Shown here one piece after another: positions 11,231-21,826 of a stretch of DNA of 64,000 bases (the stretch's first letter is position 1; the number at the start of each line of letters is the position of its first letter). The DNA lies in assembly GCA_963697895.1 (NCBI GenBank), contig OY969100.1:448001-512000 (forward strand), read 5' to 3'. The stretch comes from an uncultured Methanomicrobiales archaeon. GTDB lineage: Archaea; Halobacteriota; Methanomicrobia; Methanomicrobiales; Methanospirillaceae. The translations under genes were made by a program, and so were the position numbers. Below the pieces are notes generated by a model. That model was not told the DNA's origin and did not search any database. It worked only from the letters and a program-made list of their open reading frames with translations.

Positions 11231-11503
11231 AGTTTCATACCGCTTCCCGGACTGCAGGAACTATCCTGATTCCTGTTTTTCCTTCTTTCATCCTCAATCC
11301 GGGGAACCCGCCCAATAAACCGTATATCCAATAGGACGGAATTTTGTATCATATATCTGACCTATATTTACTTCAACGTATGCAATGGGACTCAACGAAC
11401 ATAGGCGACAGGCAGCATCGGTAAAAATTCAAGCCAATGACTGGGGATCTTTCAGGTAACCGATGTGCGTATCTCACTGGAGGGCGATAGGTACTCATAA
11501 CCG

Positions 11504-12611
11504 TTGGTGGAACAACCGCCCCCCTGGATGGAAAAATCTGTGATATCCCTCCGCTATTACCGGATATATGATATCGGCAGGGAGATCGATCTCGACTGGC
11601 TGGAAGGGTCGCTCGCCCGTACATACTTTACCGCCCGAACCAGTTTCATGCGCCTCAAACCAAAGTCTATCATGATCGAGGACCCGCCCCTTCTGATCCG
11701 GATGCAGCCAATCCAGGTGGAGCGGGAAAGCAGGAAATTCGAGTTCACTGCGGTCGCCCGGGTATATGTTATCGGGGCGATCAGACTTTTGTTTTACCCA
11801 CGAAAACGCCGGTGCTGATTTTACCGAACTGGAGGAGATTGCATTCCTCTTTGCCGGGCAGGAAGGGCTCGCCGAATTTTTTGAGCAGTATCTCCAGACG
11901 CTTGCGGATATTTTGAAACCTCATATCCGGAACTTCGCTGTCAACCCGGATTTTTTTGAAGACTATACGATTTACGTGACAGACCGGAAAGGCGATACCA
12001 TCGACCCGGTGCCCCTCCTGATCGGGGAGCGGACACTGGTATCGCCTCAGACCCGTGAAGAGATCACGAAGAACTCGCTCTCGTATACCATGGATGACCT
12101 CGCGGTACTTTCGTGGGACTCAGCACTCCTCTGTGATCAGGAGAGTCCGACCGACCTGATAGATCTTATCGAATTTGCAAATGTTCAGGTCCTCGAGCTG
12201 CGGTATTATGACCGGGAGCTCACCCGCCAGATCGGGAAGATGTACGACGACATGGAGATGGCGGATCAGTCGCCACGGTTTCGCTGGATTCGTCGGATGC
12301 GCCAGTATCACGCGATCATGGCGCACCTGATGGAGAGTACGGCTGAAGTATCGGAGATTACCGAGAAGGTCGACAACCTGATCAAAGTCACCGAGGATGT
12401 CTATTACGCCCGAGTCTATGCGATGGTCCTGAAAGTCCTCCGGAGCGGCCAGTGGAGTGAGAGCGTGAAACGCAAGATAGAATTGATACGTGAGAACTAC
12501 TCCATGCTATCGGGAGAGGTCCGTATACAGCACTCAAACTTCCTGGAATGGGTGATCATTATCCTGATTGCACTCGAATTCGGGTTGACAATCTGGCAGA
12601 GCTTAAAATAA
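11504..12611 (+). CDS. RMD1/DUF155-like membrane protein (one apparent frameshift at ~11785)
   Basis: YRIYDIGREIDL N-terminus, QVLELRYYD, C-terminal LEWVIIILIALE helix. Removing one A joins ORFs 11504..11818 and 11766..12611. Start 11504 or 11528. Confidence 0.7.
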
Positions 12612-12680
12612 TAGCAGTATATCTTCGGGAAATAAACGATTGCGTTTTGAATCGAGTACGGCACCCTTCCTCCTGTCCAT

Positions 12681-13175
12681 TTATCTTTCGGTCAGATCTT
12701 TCTGCATCCAGACAAGATCGAACGTTTCGCCGAATTTTACCCCTGCCTGGGAAAGTCGCCCGCTTTCCCTGAATCCTGACTTCCGGTGAAATTCGATACT
12801 TGCAGTATTTTTCGAAGAAATATTGGCGATGAGGATAGCAAACCCTTCCTTTTTTGCCCGCGTTGTCAGGGCGTCGAGAAGAAGGGTGCCGACTCCGCTC
12901 CGGGTATACCCCGGGGACACAAAATAGGTCACGGATGCGGTCTTTCGAAATGAAGAAAACGGGAGAAAAGGTTTCAGGATAGCGAAGCCTACGACCTTTC
13001 CGCAGTCTTCCGCAACGGGAAAGGTACGAGAGTTCTCGCGCAGGAAGCCGAAAAAGGACAGAGGAACGGGTTCTTCAGGGTACGCCCCGAACCCATGCCG
13101 AACATAATAATTGAAAATTTCGAGAATCGCGGAATCGTCGCAACCTTCCGCTTCCCGAATCTGAAACCGGGTCAT
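12681..13175 (-). CDS. GNAT N-acetyltransferase (phosphinothricin acetyltransferase/YncA-like)
   Basis: ILEIFNYYV, RSGVGTLLL, NTASIEFH..GF, GVKFG...DLVWMQ. Confidence 0.88.
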   Translation of the reverse strand: MTRFQIREAEGCDDSAILEIFNYYVRHGFGAYPEEPVPLSFFGFLRENSRTFPVAEDCGKVVGFAILKPFLPFSSFRKTASVTYFVSPGYTRSGVGTLLLDALTTRAKKEGFAILIANISSKNTASIEFHRKSGFRESGRLSQAGVKFGETFDLVWMQKDLTER

Positions 13176-13432
13176 AGTGTTTTTTTCCCTGAGATTTTAT
13201 CGATTGGTGGATCTTCAAGGTATCGCTTAAACCTGGATGAATACACTCTTGGAATCCTCAACCAGGAGGGGATTATCTCATACTTTCAAAAGGGCTACAT
13301 GAGTTAATGCAGGGTGATTCTCAGACTCCCACAATCCTGCGGCAGAAGGATCTGACCTTAAAAATAATTTACAGAATGGGGAAATACATCCCAGAGAAAG
13401 TTCAAAATAGCAAGTGAACGGATATAATATGC

Positions 13433-13930
13433 ATGAATTACCGGATATTTATTATCGCATCAGTCGTTCTCGCTCTGTTCCTGCTCTCTTCAGGGTGCAC
13501 GCAGACACCGGTCACCCCGCCGGGGACGACCGTTCCTACAACAGTACAGACGACAGTCGCCACGCCGGTTCCGACCACCGCTGTCCCGACCACCCCGACC
13601 TGCTCCCTGACCCCGGGACCCATTGATACCATTCCGGATTATGATGAAGTGACGGTCAATGTGGACCGGAATACCGTCTCCATCAACCCGACGATAACCG
13701 TGACGTTCCAGGGAGGAAAAGGGATGAACCACGTCGTCCAGATGAGGGTCCTGGTGACCAAGTCCGACTGCACGACCGAGGGGAAGACGATCAACAAACC
13801 ATCGATGGGCGACGAAATCGTGATCACAGGGACGACCGGGACCGACCGGGTCCAGATCTGGGTAACGATGGCAGATGGCAATACGTACCTGATCTATGAC
13901 CAGGCATTGCCATTCCGGCAATACGGGTAA
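13433..13930 (+). CDS. Lipoprotein with Pro/Thr-rich linker, unknown function
   Basis: Signal ending LLSSGC, TPVTPPGTTVPTT linker, beta-rich domain. Confidence 0.75.
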   Translation: MNYRIFIIASVVLALFLLSSGCTQTPVTPPGTTVPTTVQTTVATPVPTTAVPTTPTCSLTPGPIDTIPDYDEVTVNVDRNTVSINPTITVTFQGGKGMNHVVQMRVLVTKSDCTTEGKTINKPSMGDEIVITGTTGTDRVQIWVTMADGNTYLIYDQALPFRQYG

Positions 13931-13943
13931 TAATCATATTTTT

Positions 13944-14384
13944 TTATCGCTTGTCATTGCCGTTGGGGAGCGACGGTACACAGATACCGACTCCGTCGAA
14001 TAGCGCAACCATTCGTCCGCCTTCGTTTACCGCCACACGATAAACAGAATTCAGTTCGTTTCCAGTCACCCGTTCCGCAACTGCCTCCAGACGCCCTGTC
14101 GCGGGGGAGATGTACGTGATATGAGCAGAGAGTGCGACCTGGTGCCGCTCTTCGAGATTCGCAGCAATACCAAATGCCTGATCTGCAAGGGCGAAGATAG
14201 CACCACCGTGGGCTGTGCCACCGGGTCCCCGCTTCCCGTCCGTTTCCATCACGACGCGGGAAAACCCCGGGTATGCTTCGGTACATTCCATTCCGAGGAG
14301 CCTCGCCATCTCACTCCGGTTAAAAGACTCCACCTGCATTCTCTGAGCATCGCCCCGGTCTGCCATCCAGTCCTGTTGAGGCAT
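13944..14384 (-). CDS. PaaI-family hotdog thioesterase
   Basis: AHGGAIFALADQAFG. Confidence 0.88.
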   Translation of the reverse strand: MPQQDWMADRGDAQRMQVESFNRSEMARLLGMECTEAYPGFSRVVMETDGKRGPGGTAHGGAIFALADQAFGIAANLEERHQVALSAHITYISPATGRLEAVAERVTGNELNSVYRVAVNEGGRMVALFDGVGICVPSLPNGNDKR

Positions 14385-14421
14385 GAGAAAGAAATTGATC
14401 GGGTGAGATTATAGATGGGTA

Positions 14422-15123
14422 TTATTTGTATTCGCGCCTCGTGTAGGTCCGCTTTTCCGAGGAACCACCCTTGGCAACGATATAAGTCCATTCAAACAGC
14501 GATTTGAGAAGGCCGAACTGCTGGTAACGTCTCATGGAGAACCCCATCCAGAGGTGGTTGTCAAACAGTATCCGCCCTATCTTCTTCATCCGGCGGGGAA
14601 TCTCAAGGTCATCGCCTGCATCGACGACCTTATACATACCAGCCTGCAAAAAGGCAACCTTCCGGAATGCCGTATTGGCCCCGAGTGTATAGTAGAAGAT
14701 ATGGGAGTAATATCCAAACCGGGAGAAATTATTGGCAAAGGCAAGAAAAATCCAGTATTTTAAATCTCTTTCGATCGGATATACCGGGCCGTACAGTTGT
14801 ACAACATCTGTATTGTGGTTGAAATCGTCCTGCATCCTTTTAAGCCAGCCGGCTGGTACCACACAGTCTGCATCTGTCGTCGCGATAATATCCCCCTTCG
14901 CCCGCATTGCACCGTCGTTGCGGGCACCCCCGACCCGTCTGCTCGTCTGTATGAATACCAGATCTGCCCACTTTGCCGCTATTTCACGGGTCCGATCCTT
15001 TGAATCCCCGTCCACCACGATTATCTCGTATTCATCGCGGGGGAGGGACTGGTGAGAGAGAGATTCGAGGCAGGCGCCGATATTTGCCTCCTCGTTATAG
15101 GCGGGCACAATTACAGAGATCAT
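14422..15123 (-). CDS. Glycosyltransferase family 2
   Basis: ISVIVPAYNEE, IIVVDGDSKD.T, ARNDG, TDAD. Confidence 0.92.
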   Translation of the reverse strand: MISVIVPAYNEEANIGACLESLSHQSLPRDEYEIIVVDGDSKDRTREIAAKWADLVFIQTSRRVGGARNDGAMRAKGDIIATTDADCVVPAGWLKRMQDDFNHNTDVVQLYGPVYPIERDLKYWIFLAFANNFSRFGYYSHIFYYTLGANTAFRKVAFLQAGMYKVVDAGDDLEIPRRMKKIGRILFDNHLWMGFSMRRYQQFGLLKSLFEWTYIVAKGGSSEKRTYTRREYK

Positions 15124-16097
15124 GATTCCACCAGTTCGCGGTACAGGGCAAGGTGCCTCGCTGCTGTGGTCTCGATATCGAAATCACGGGTAAATGGTCG
15201 CGCTCCCACTGCAGAACGCCTCAGGTGCTCGCCATCCTCGAGGAGCCGGAGGCTTTCATCACGGTCACTGAAATACAGGATATGATCGTCGAAGATATCC
15301 CGGAACTCCGGGATGTCCCGGGCTACAACCGGGAGCCCGCAGGCGAGTGCCTCAAGGATAACAAGGCCGAATGTTTCGGCATAGGATGGCATGAAGAAGA
15401 TATCTGCGCCATTGTATGCTTTCAGGCTTTCGTCGATGTACCCGGTAAAAATAACGTTATCTCCGCACCTTTTTCTGGTTGCTTTTATCCGCTGATAGTC
15501 TTTCGAGAGAGCGCCATATGGGAGCCCTCCCACCCACACCCAGGTGGTTTCCGGAGACCGGCGGGAGAGCGCAAGAAAGTCGTACAGGCCCTTCCGGGGA
15601 GTCTGTTGAGCAACGGTCAGGATCACCCGGGCGTCCTCGGAAATGTTAAACTGCTCACGGAATGCTGCCCTTTTATCAGGGTCAGGGCGGAAGTACTCGC
15701 GCCTTATTCCGTTCGGAATCAGAGTCACCGGCATATCCGGCACCATTGCTGTCACTTCTTCCAGGCATGGTCTGGAGATGGCAACGATGTGATCGAATTT
15801 CCGGTATATGCGGGGGTAGAATTTGTTGAACGCCCGGAAGCATTTGATATTTCCCTCGTTGATGCGGGGCGTTGAATGGGCGGTGAGTACCTTGATTCCT
15901 TTCGTCATCCTCCGGTGGTTCATCGCAGCCGGTCCGAAGGTATGATAATGGACCACATCGGCACGTTTCCAGTACGACTTCCAGTATACCTCGGCTTCTC
16001 CGGAAGCCGCCAGCTGACGGTACAGGGTCCGCGCAACGGTCGCACAACCGATATATTTCAGGAAGAGCAGATCTTCAACGACAAAGTTAATCCTCAT
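15120..16097 (-). CDS. Glycosyltransferase family 4
   Basis: LIPNGI, RKG, PSYAETFGLVILEALACGLPVV. Confidence 0.92.
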   Translation of the reverse strand: MRINFVVEDLLFLKYIGCATVARTLYRQLAASGEAEVYWKSYWKRADVVHYHTFGPAAMNHRRMTKGIKVLTAHSTPRINEGNIKCFRAFNKFYPRIYRKFDHIVAISRPCLEEVTAMVPDMPVTLIPNGIRREYFRPDPDKRAAFREQFNISEDARVILTVAQQTPRKGLYDFLALSRRSPETTWVWVGGLPYGALSKDYQRIKATRKRCGDNVIFTGYIDESLKAYNGADIFFMPSYAETFGLVILEALACGLPVVARDIPEFRDIFDDHILYFSDRDESLRLLEDGEHLRRSAVGARPFTRDFDIETTAARHLALYRELVES

Positions 16098-17403
16098 GCA
16101 GTGCTCCGGATATACTCAAAAACGCTCCTGATACAACCATCCATGTTCAGATATTCAAACTGGGCAAATCTCCCGACAAGAGGGAGCCCGATCATCCGGG
16201 AGTAATCCCGGATTGTCCGGATGTTCTCGAGATAGTGGAGATCATAGACGACGTACGCATATCGGTTTCGTGCAACCGTGCTATAAACCACGTCCCTGTT
16301 GCTGATGATATCCATACGTTCGAGGGACTTGCAGACGTGATCGACCAGTTCCCGGTCGCTCATTCGCGAGACGGCATCGCCATCATTAAAAGTGATCTCC
16401 GCAAGAATCGCGGAACAGCCGTCAGGTGCCACGTTAACACTATAATTTGACGGAAACGATATCCGGTTCTCGAGACCGTCGGCCTGGTCAGGAATGTACA
16501 TCCATGAAATGGGAGGGACGTCCCGTTTCACCCCGATGCAAACGCAGACGACTGAATTATACCTGAGTGCATCGACCGCAGCCTGCACGCAGACAGGAAC
16601 TGCTGTCAGGCAGGGGAAAAGTTCCTGGAGGGGAATCGTGCATATGCACCGTTCTGCTGTGACTTCACGCATGCCATCCCCGATCACCCAGCCGTCACCG
16701 GATTTTCTGACCGAACTGACCCGGAACCCGGTGGTGATACGGTCCGCGACCGGAGCTGCGATACCCTGGATAAGAGCGGCGATGCCCCCATGCACAGGGT
16801 ATGTGAAGACCGCCTGGTGTGTGTATCCTTCGGTCTCGATACCGATCGCCGACCGGATTACGTCCTCGACCGGAGGGATCGGGACCCTGCCCTCTACCCA
16901 ATGTTTAGACATCCATTCCGTCGGGTAATTCCATATCTTCTCATTGTAGGGGACCATGTATACTTCGGCAATCCCTTTGCCAAATGTATAATATATCCAC
17001 TCCCGGAAGTTCTCCGGGGGGGAAGCTCATGCGTGTCCCGGGCGATCAGCGTCCCGATGAACTCATTGAGGCAGAAGAACAGGTCCTCCTTTGGAAGCCC
17101 GGAAAGGCCGTTCTCGAAGGGATATTTAATATAACGTTTTTTGTAGTAGATTTTTGTGTTCCGGTTTCGCAATTCCTTATTCTCACCAAGCATGTCCTGC
17201 ATGAACCGGAGCACCTCCAAATCCCGGGAGAAGATGATATGGGACCCGCCAGTATCGAAGGTGAATCCCGCCTCTTCATGGGAGCGGCAAAGACCTCCGA
17301 TCTCTTTACCGGCTTCGAGCACCACCACATCTTCCCCTCTTTCATGGAGCAGCCGGGCAAGGGTGAGACCGGTGATGCCGCCGCCAAGGATCGCGGTTGT
17401 CAT
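16094..17403 (-). CDS. FAD-dependent oxidoreductase (HemY-like/UDP-galactopyranose mutase-like); one apparent frameshift in the C run at 17016-17022
   Basis: GGGITG Rossmann motif, GGLCRS, FDTGGSHIIFS, YPFEN, PYNEKIW, GRFAQFEYLNMD; adding one C joins the two ORFs. Confidence 0.8.
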
Positions 17404-17648
17404 TTATTAGGAATAGGTATCCGCGATTTATATCATTCACGATATGCCCTTTCCCCCGGGACTAAAGTCGCTTGTCGGCGGAGAGATGAGCAGCCGGGCT
17501 GAATAGAGTATCTGCGGAATAATTTCGTGCAAGTTTATCTTCTTTGGCTCATCGCTTTTCAAGGGGATAGCTATTAATCGGCCCGGGAAGTACCTGTCGA
17601 TGATGACCGGGAAAAACAGAGAAATCGTTCGGGCCGGAGAGCGGAATC

Positions 17649-18527
17649 ATGGGAGTGGATGAAACCCTGACGGAAGAACCGGAGTTGACACGGGTAACAT
17701 TCTCCAACCTGGACAAGATTCTTTATCCGAAATCCGGCATCACGAAGGGCAGGATGATAGAATATTATATCCGCGCCGCTCCGCGGATGCTTCCGTTTTT
17801 ACGGGACCGGATTCTGGTAATGAACCGGTTTCCTGATGGGGTGAACGGGGAGAGTTTCTACGAGAAGGATGCTCCGGTGGGCACTCCACCGTTTGTGGAT
17901 ACGTTTGTTCAGTATTCACCCACTGCAGACCGTGAGATACACTACATCGTCTGCAATAATCTGGATACGCTGCTCTGGGTGGCGAATCTTGCCTCGATCG
18001 AGAACAACATAACCCTCTCCGGTACGGGATCCTACGAAACACCGGATATGGTATTCTTCGACATCGACCCGGAACCTCCCGCAACTTTCGCCATGGCGAC
18101 CGAAACTGCGCTCCTTGTCAGGGAGTACCTGCACGATCTGGGTCTTCGTCCGTACGTCAAGACTTCAGGAAAGAAAGGGATCCATATCATTATCCCGATA
18201 AAGCCGGGAAGATCCTTTGACGAGACCCGGAAATTTGTCCACCAAGCCGGGATCGTGATCGCCAAACAACGTTCTTTCATCGTATCGGAATTTTCGCGCT
18301 CGACAGAAGCAGGCACAGTTTTCATCGATTATCTCCAGAATGCGCACGGAAGGACGATGATCTGTCCGTACAGCCTGCGGGCTACACAGGAAGCGACGGT
18401 ATCGACCCCCATCGGATGGGACGAGCTCGAAAAGGGCGTGACCCCCCGTGATTTTACCATTGCAACGGTGATCCCCGGAAGGGAGGATCCCTGGAAGGAA
18501 ATATTCGATCACAGACAGGAGATATAG
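17649..18527 (+). CDS. ligD: LigD-type primase-polymerase (stand-alone NHEJ PolDom)
   Basis: SNLDKILYP..GITK, RFPDG...ESFYEK, FDIDP, KTSGKKGIH, FIDYLQN..G.T..CPYSLR; no ligase or phosphoesterase domain. Confidence 0.92.
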   Translation: MGVDETLTEEPELTRVTFSNLDKILYPKSGITKGRMIEYYIRAAPRMLPFLRDRILVMNRFPDGVNGESFYEKDAPVGTPPFVDTFVQYSPTADREIHYIVCNNLDTLLWVANLASIENNITLSGTGSYETPDMVFFDIDPEPPATFAMATETALLVREYLHDLGLRPYVKTSGKKGIHIIIPIKPGRSFDETRKFVHQAGIVIAKQRSFIVSEFSRSTEAGTVFIDYLQNAHGRTMICPYSLRATQEATVSTPIGWDELEKGVTPRDFTIATVIPGREDPWKEIFDHRQEI

Positions 18528-18531
18528 TATT

Positions 18532-19341
18532 ATGAATCCGGGAAAAGATTCCCCTGCTGCAAAGCCAGTGCTTGGCCGCGCAATCTGGAGTGGGACCCTC
18601 TCCATAGGCCTTGTCAATGTATCGGTTTCGCTCCACAAGATGACTGTCGATCATTCATTCTCGTTCCGGCTGCTGCACCGCGAGGACCACCAGCCGGTCC
18701 AGTACGAGCGGATCTGTACCCGGGACGGTGCAATAGTTCCCTGGGAGGAGACCGTCCGGGGGTATGAAGTTAAAAAGGGACACTTTGTTGTCATGGAAAA
18801 AGATGAACTGGATCGCGCGATGCCGGAATCGGACCGGAAGATCCATATCGATAAGTTCGTGTTTTATCTCTCGCTCGACCCGATGTTTTTCAACAGATCG
18901 TACCTGCTCGGCCCGGACCGGGACCCGGAAGCCTATCATCTCTTATGCGCGGCATTCGAGAAACAGGGAAAGGCCGGAGTAGGGAGATTCACATTAAGGA
19001 CCCGTGAATATCCCGCGGTTGTCCATGCCTATAAGGGCGGACTTATCCTCACGACCCTTCGGTATGCCGACGAAGTGCTGGCCCCATCGGCATTCGAAGA
19101 GTTCGCGATGGAAAAGTCAATCCCCAAACGCGATCTGGAACTCGCCACCCGGATCATCGAGGATCTCACCGGCGACTTCGATATTGCCGAGTATCACGAC
19201 CGTGCCCGGGGGAATATTGAGGAGCTGATCAAAAAGAAGATGGCAGGCGAGATCTTCGTTGCCGCAAGACCGAAGGAAGAGGCTCCCCGCGAACTCCGGT
19301 CGGCGCTCGAGGAGACGCTGGCCGAGTTGCAGCATAAGTGA
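18532..19341 (+). CDS. ku: Prokaryotic Ku DNA end-binding protein
   Basis: RAIWSGTLSIGLVNVSV, FRLLH, VRGYEV, SYLLGP, TLRYADEV. Confidence 0.93.
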   Translation: MNPGKDSPAAKPVLGRAIWSGTLSIGLVNVSVSLHKMTVDHSFSFRLLHREDHQPVQYERICTRDGAIVPWEETVRGYEVKKGHFVVMEKDELDRAMPESDRKIHIDKFVFYLSLDPMFFNRSYLLGPDRDPEAYHLLCAAFEKQGKAGVGRFTLRTREYPAVVHAYKGGLILTTLRYADEVLAPSAFEEFAMEKSIPKRDLELATRIIEDLTGDFDIAEYHDRARGNIEELIKKKMAGEIFVAARPKEEAPRELRSALEETLAELQHK

Positions 19342-19911
19342 AAATAAGCTTAAAGGGGAACCTCCATCCCCCTTCTATAGAAATCGCAGAACCCGATACA
19401 CCCGGCTGAACGGATCGCATCCAAAATAACCTTGATATAAGGGTAATTTTCTCACTTTTCGTGATCTGGATCCCGTTTTGAAAAAACATTTGAATACGCC
19501 TTTGTCAGATAACGATTAAATCAGTTATTTCATGGAAAAAGAGGATTTAAGAAGAATAAAAGGGTGCTTATTAGCGTGGCAACATTGAGGGGCTTCCTTG
19601 GGATGTATCCTTGGCCGGATGAAGAGGGGATCCTGCCTGCTTGCCACAATAAAAGGCGCAATTATTCGAGGAAGCAACGGAAAATTAATGATCCCCGGTA
19701 AATTCGAGGGGCGGGAGTTATTCGTTGATTTATCCGGAATTATCAGGGTATCCGGGACAGATTTCTCACCGTAAGATCGAATCGGAATATAATAGACGAC
19801 CCGTAACATATCCAAAGGACAGGAATAGGTTGTTATGGTTCGAACAATCATCGGCATGCATGAGAGGCTCTCCAATGAATCCGGAGCGGAACGGGGAGCG
19901 GGGTTCCTTCG

Positions 19912-21746
19912 ATGACTCTTCCTGCCATCCTGCGGGGGCGGGAGGGAATATGGAACGCCGCGATCATCATTACCACCATTGCAGCATTGGGCGCAAACCT
20001 TGCAGGTCTTCTGGTCGGGTTCACCGTTGTGCTCCCGCACCTCTTGTACATCCCCGTGGTCATCACCTCGTACCGGTACCCGAGACAGGGGCTTCTCTTC
20101 GCCGTTTGCATCGGGGGGACCTATCTGCTGATGACCCTCCTGATCGGGGGCGGCACTCCGGCCATACTCGGGGAAGCGTTGGTCCGGACCGGTGTGGTGA
20201 TCGGGATCGGGTGGCTAATAGCAGCTCTTACCCGGCGGTTACGGGAAGAGGAAAACCTCTATCAGGGCCTTTTTGCTCACTCGGAAGCGGGAAGCGTGCT
20301 TTTCAGGGAATCAGAAAAAGAGCGGGAGATTGAGGAGGTAAATGAGAAGGCCGCGGAACTCCTCAGGGTGCGGCCGGAGGATCTGAGGGGTGGCCCTCTT
20401 ACCTTGTTCTGGGACTGGAAAGATCAGGAGAAGGTTTTCGGCCGCCTCGTGGGAAAGGGGAAGATCTCTGCAGAGGAGGCGGTCTTTTCTCTGCCCGAAG
20501 GAGGATCGCTCTCAGTACTCGTCTCCATCGCACCGGTCTCGACCAGTCGGGCGATCCTCACCTTCGTCGATATCACCCGTCGGGTTGCTGCCGAGCAGGC
20601 ACTCCAGAGTGCAAATGATAAATTAAGCCTCCTTGCCCGGATCTCTACAGACCATATCAGCCGGACGGCAAATGAGATCATCGGTACGGTCGATGAATTG
20701 GCGGTCGGAGTCAAAGATACAGAAACAGTCGGATGGATAGAGCGGATCCGGACACAGGCACGAACCCTCATCCGACAGATCTTCCTTACGGAGACGTATC
20801 AGTCGCTCGGCGCTTCTCCGCCGATCTGGATTCCGGTGGAAGAGGTGATCGAATCAGCCCGGCCTGCAGTAACGAACGGAAAAGTATCCTTTCGGTGCTG
20901 GGCAGAACGGCTCGAGATATATGCAGATCCGATATTTTCAGACGTCATCAACCATATTGTTGATAATTCATTCCGGCACGGCGGGAAAGTCAGTAATGTC
21001 GTGGTGACGTACCGGGCGATTGAAAGTGGCCTCCTTCTCACATTCGCGGACGACGGGATCGGGATCCCGTACGAACAGAAGGAGCGGATATTCGAGTACG
21101 ATGCCGGGGGGCATGCCGGGATCGGACTCTACATCTGCCGTCAGATCCTCGGGGTGACCGGGATGACCATCACCGAGAATGGAACGGAAGGAATTGGCGC
21201 CCGGTTCGTGATCCATGTCCCGAAGGGAAATTTTCGCATCGAAGGGACGGGCGACGAAGCTCCCCCCTCCCCCTTCCGTCCGGAGAAGAGATCCGGGGCG
21301 CCATCCATACATCCGGCACGAGGGTGCGGGAGCTGCTCTCGGCAGAGTTCCCCATCGCAGACAGGCTCTGGCTCGACTACCACGAGACGAAAGGGGATCC
21401 GAGGATCGACCGAATCTTCGCAGCCTTTCTGAACGGAGAGGCAGTCTCCCTCGCGCGATGTCGGCGGCACCAGGACGGACTGGAACTCGACGGCGTCTTT
21501 ACCCCCGTGAGCCACCGGGGCCATGGGTACGCGAACGCGGCGGTATGGGGCCTCGTCGAGGCCTGCGGGCAGGACCCGTTATTCATGCATTCGGTCCTGA
21601 ACCTCACCGGTTTTTACCGGCATTACGGTTTTGTCCCCATCGGCGAAGACGAACTCCCCCCCACCATCAGGGAGCGGTTTGCCTGGGCCGGGGGAGCGCT
21701 GGATGGGGCAAATGTCTCTCCGATGCGGCGGGATGCGGCCGAATAA
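19912..21746 (+). CDS. Membrane PAS/HATPase sensor-kinase-like protein, probably fused to a C-terminal GNAT domain (apparent frameshift in the C run 21262-21267)
   Basis: Hydrophobic N-terminus, PAS-like region, N/G1/F/G2 boxes (IVDNSFRHG, DDGIGI, IFE, GIGLYI). ORF 21324..21746 has the GNAT motif VFTPVSHRGHGYA...FY.HYGF, and its frame is open upstream into the C run. Confidence 0.75.
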
Positions 21747-21826
21747 CTCGTGAAGGTCTTCTTTGTTAAGGGGTATTATGGCAATCTTAGTAAAAAAAAA
21801 ATTCTTTCCGATATGGAGGGAAAGAT

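Noticed and set aside
10094-21750. Integrative element at tRNA-Ser
   Set aside because: Accessory-type genes follow the tRNA, but I found no integrase and no duplicate of the tRNA 3' end
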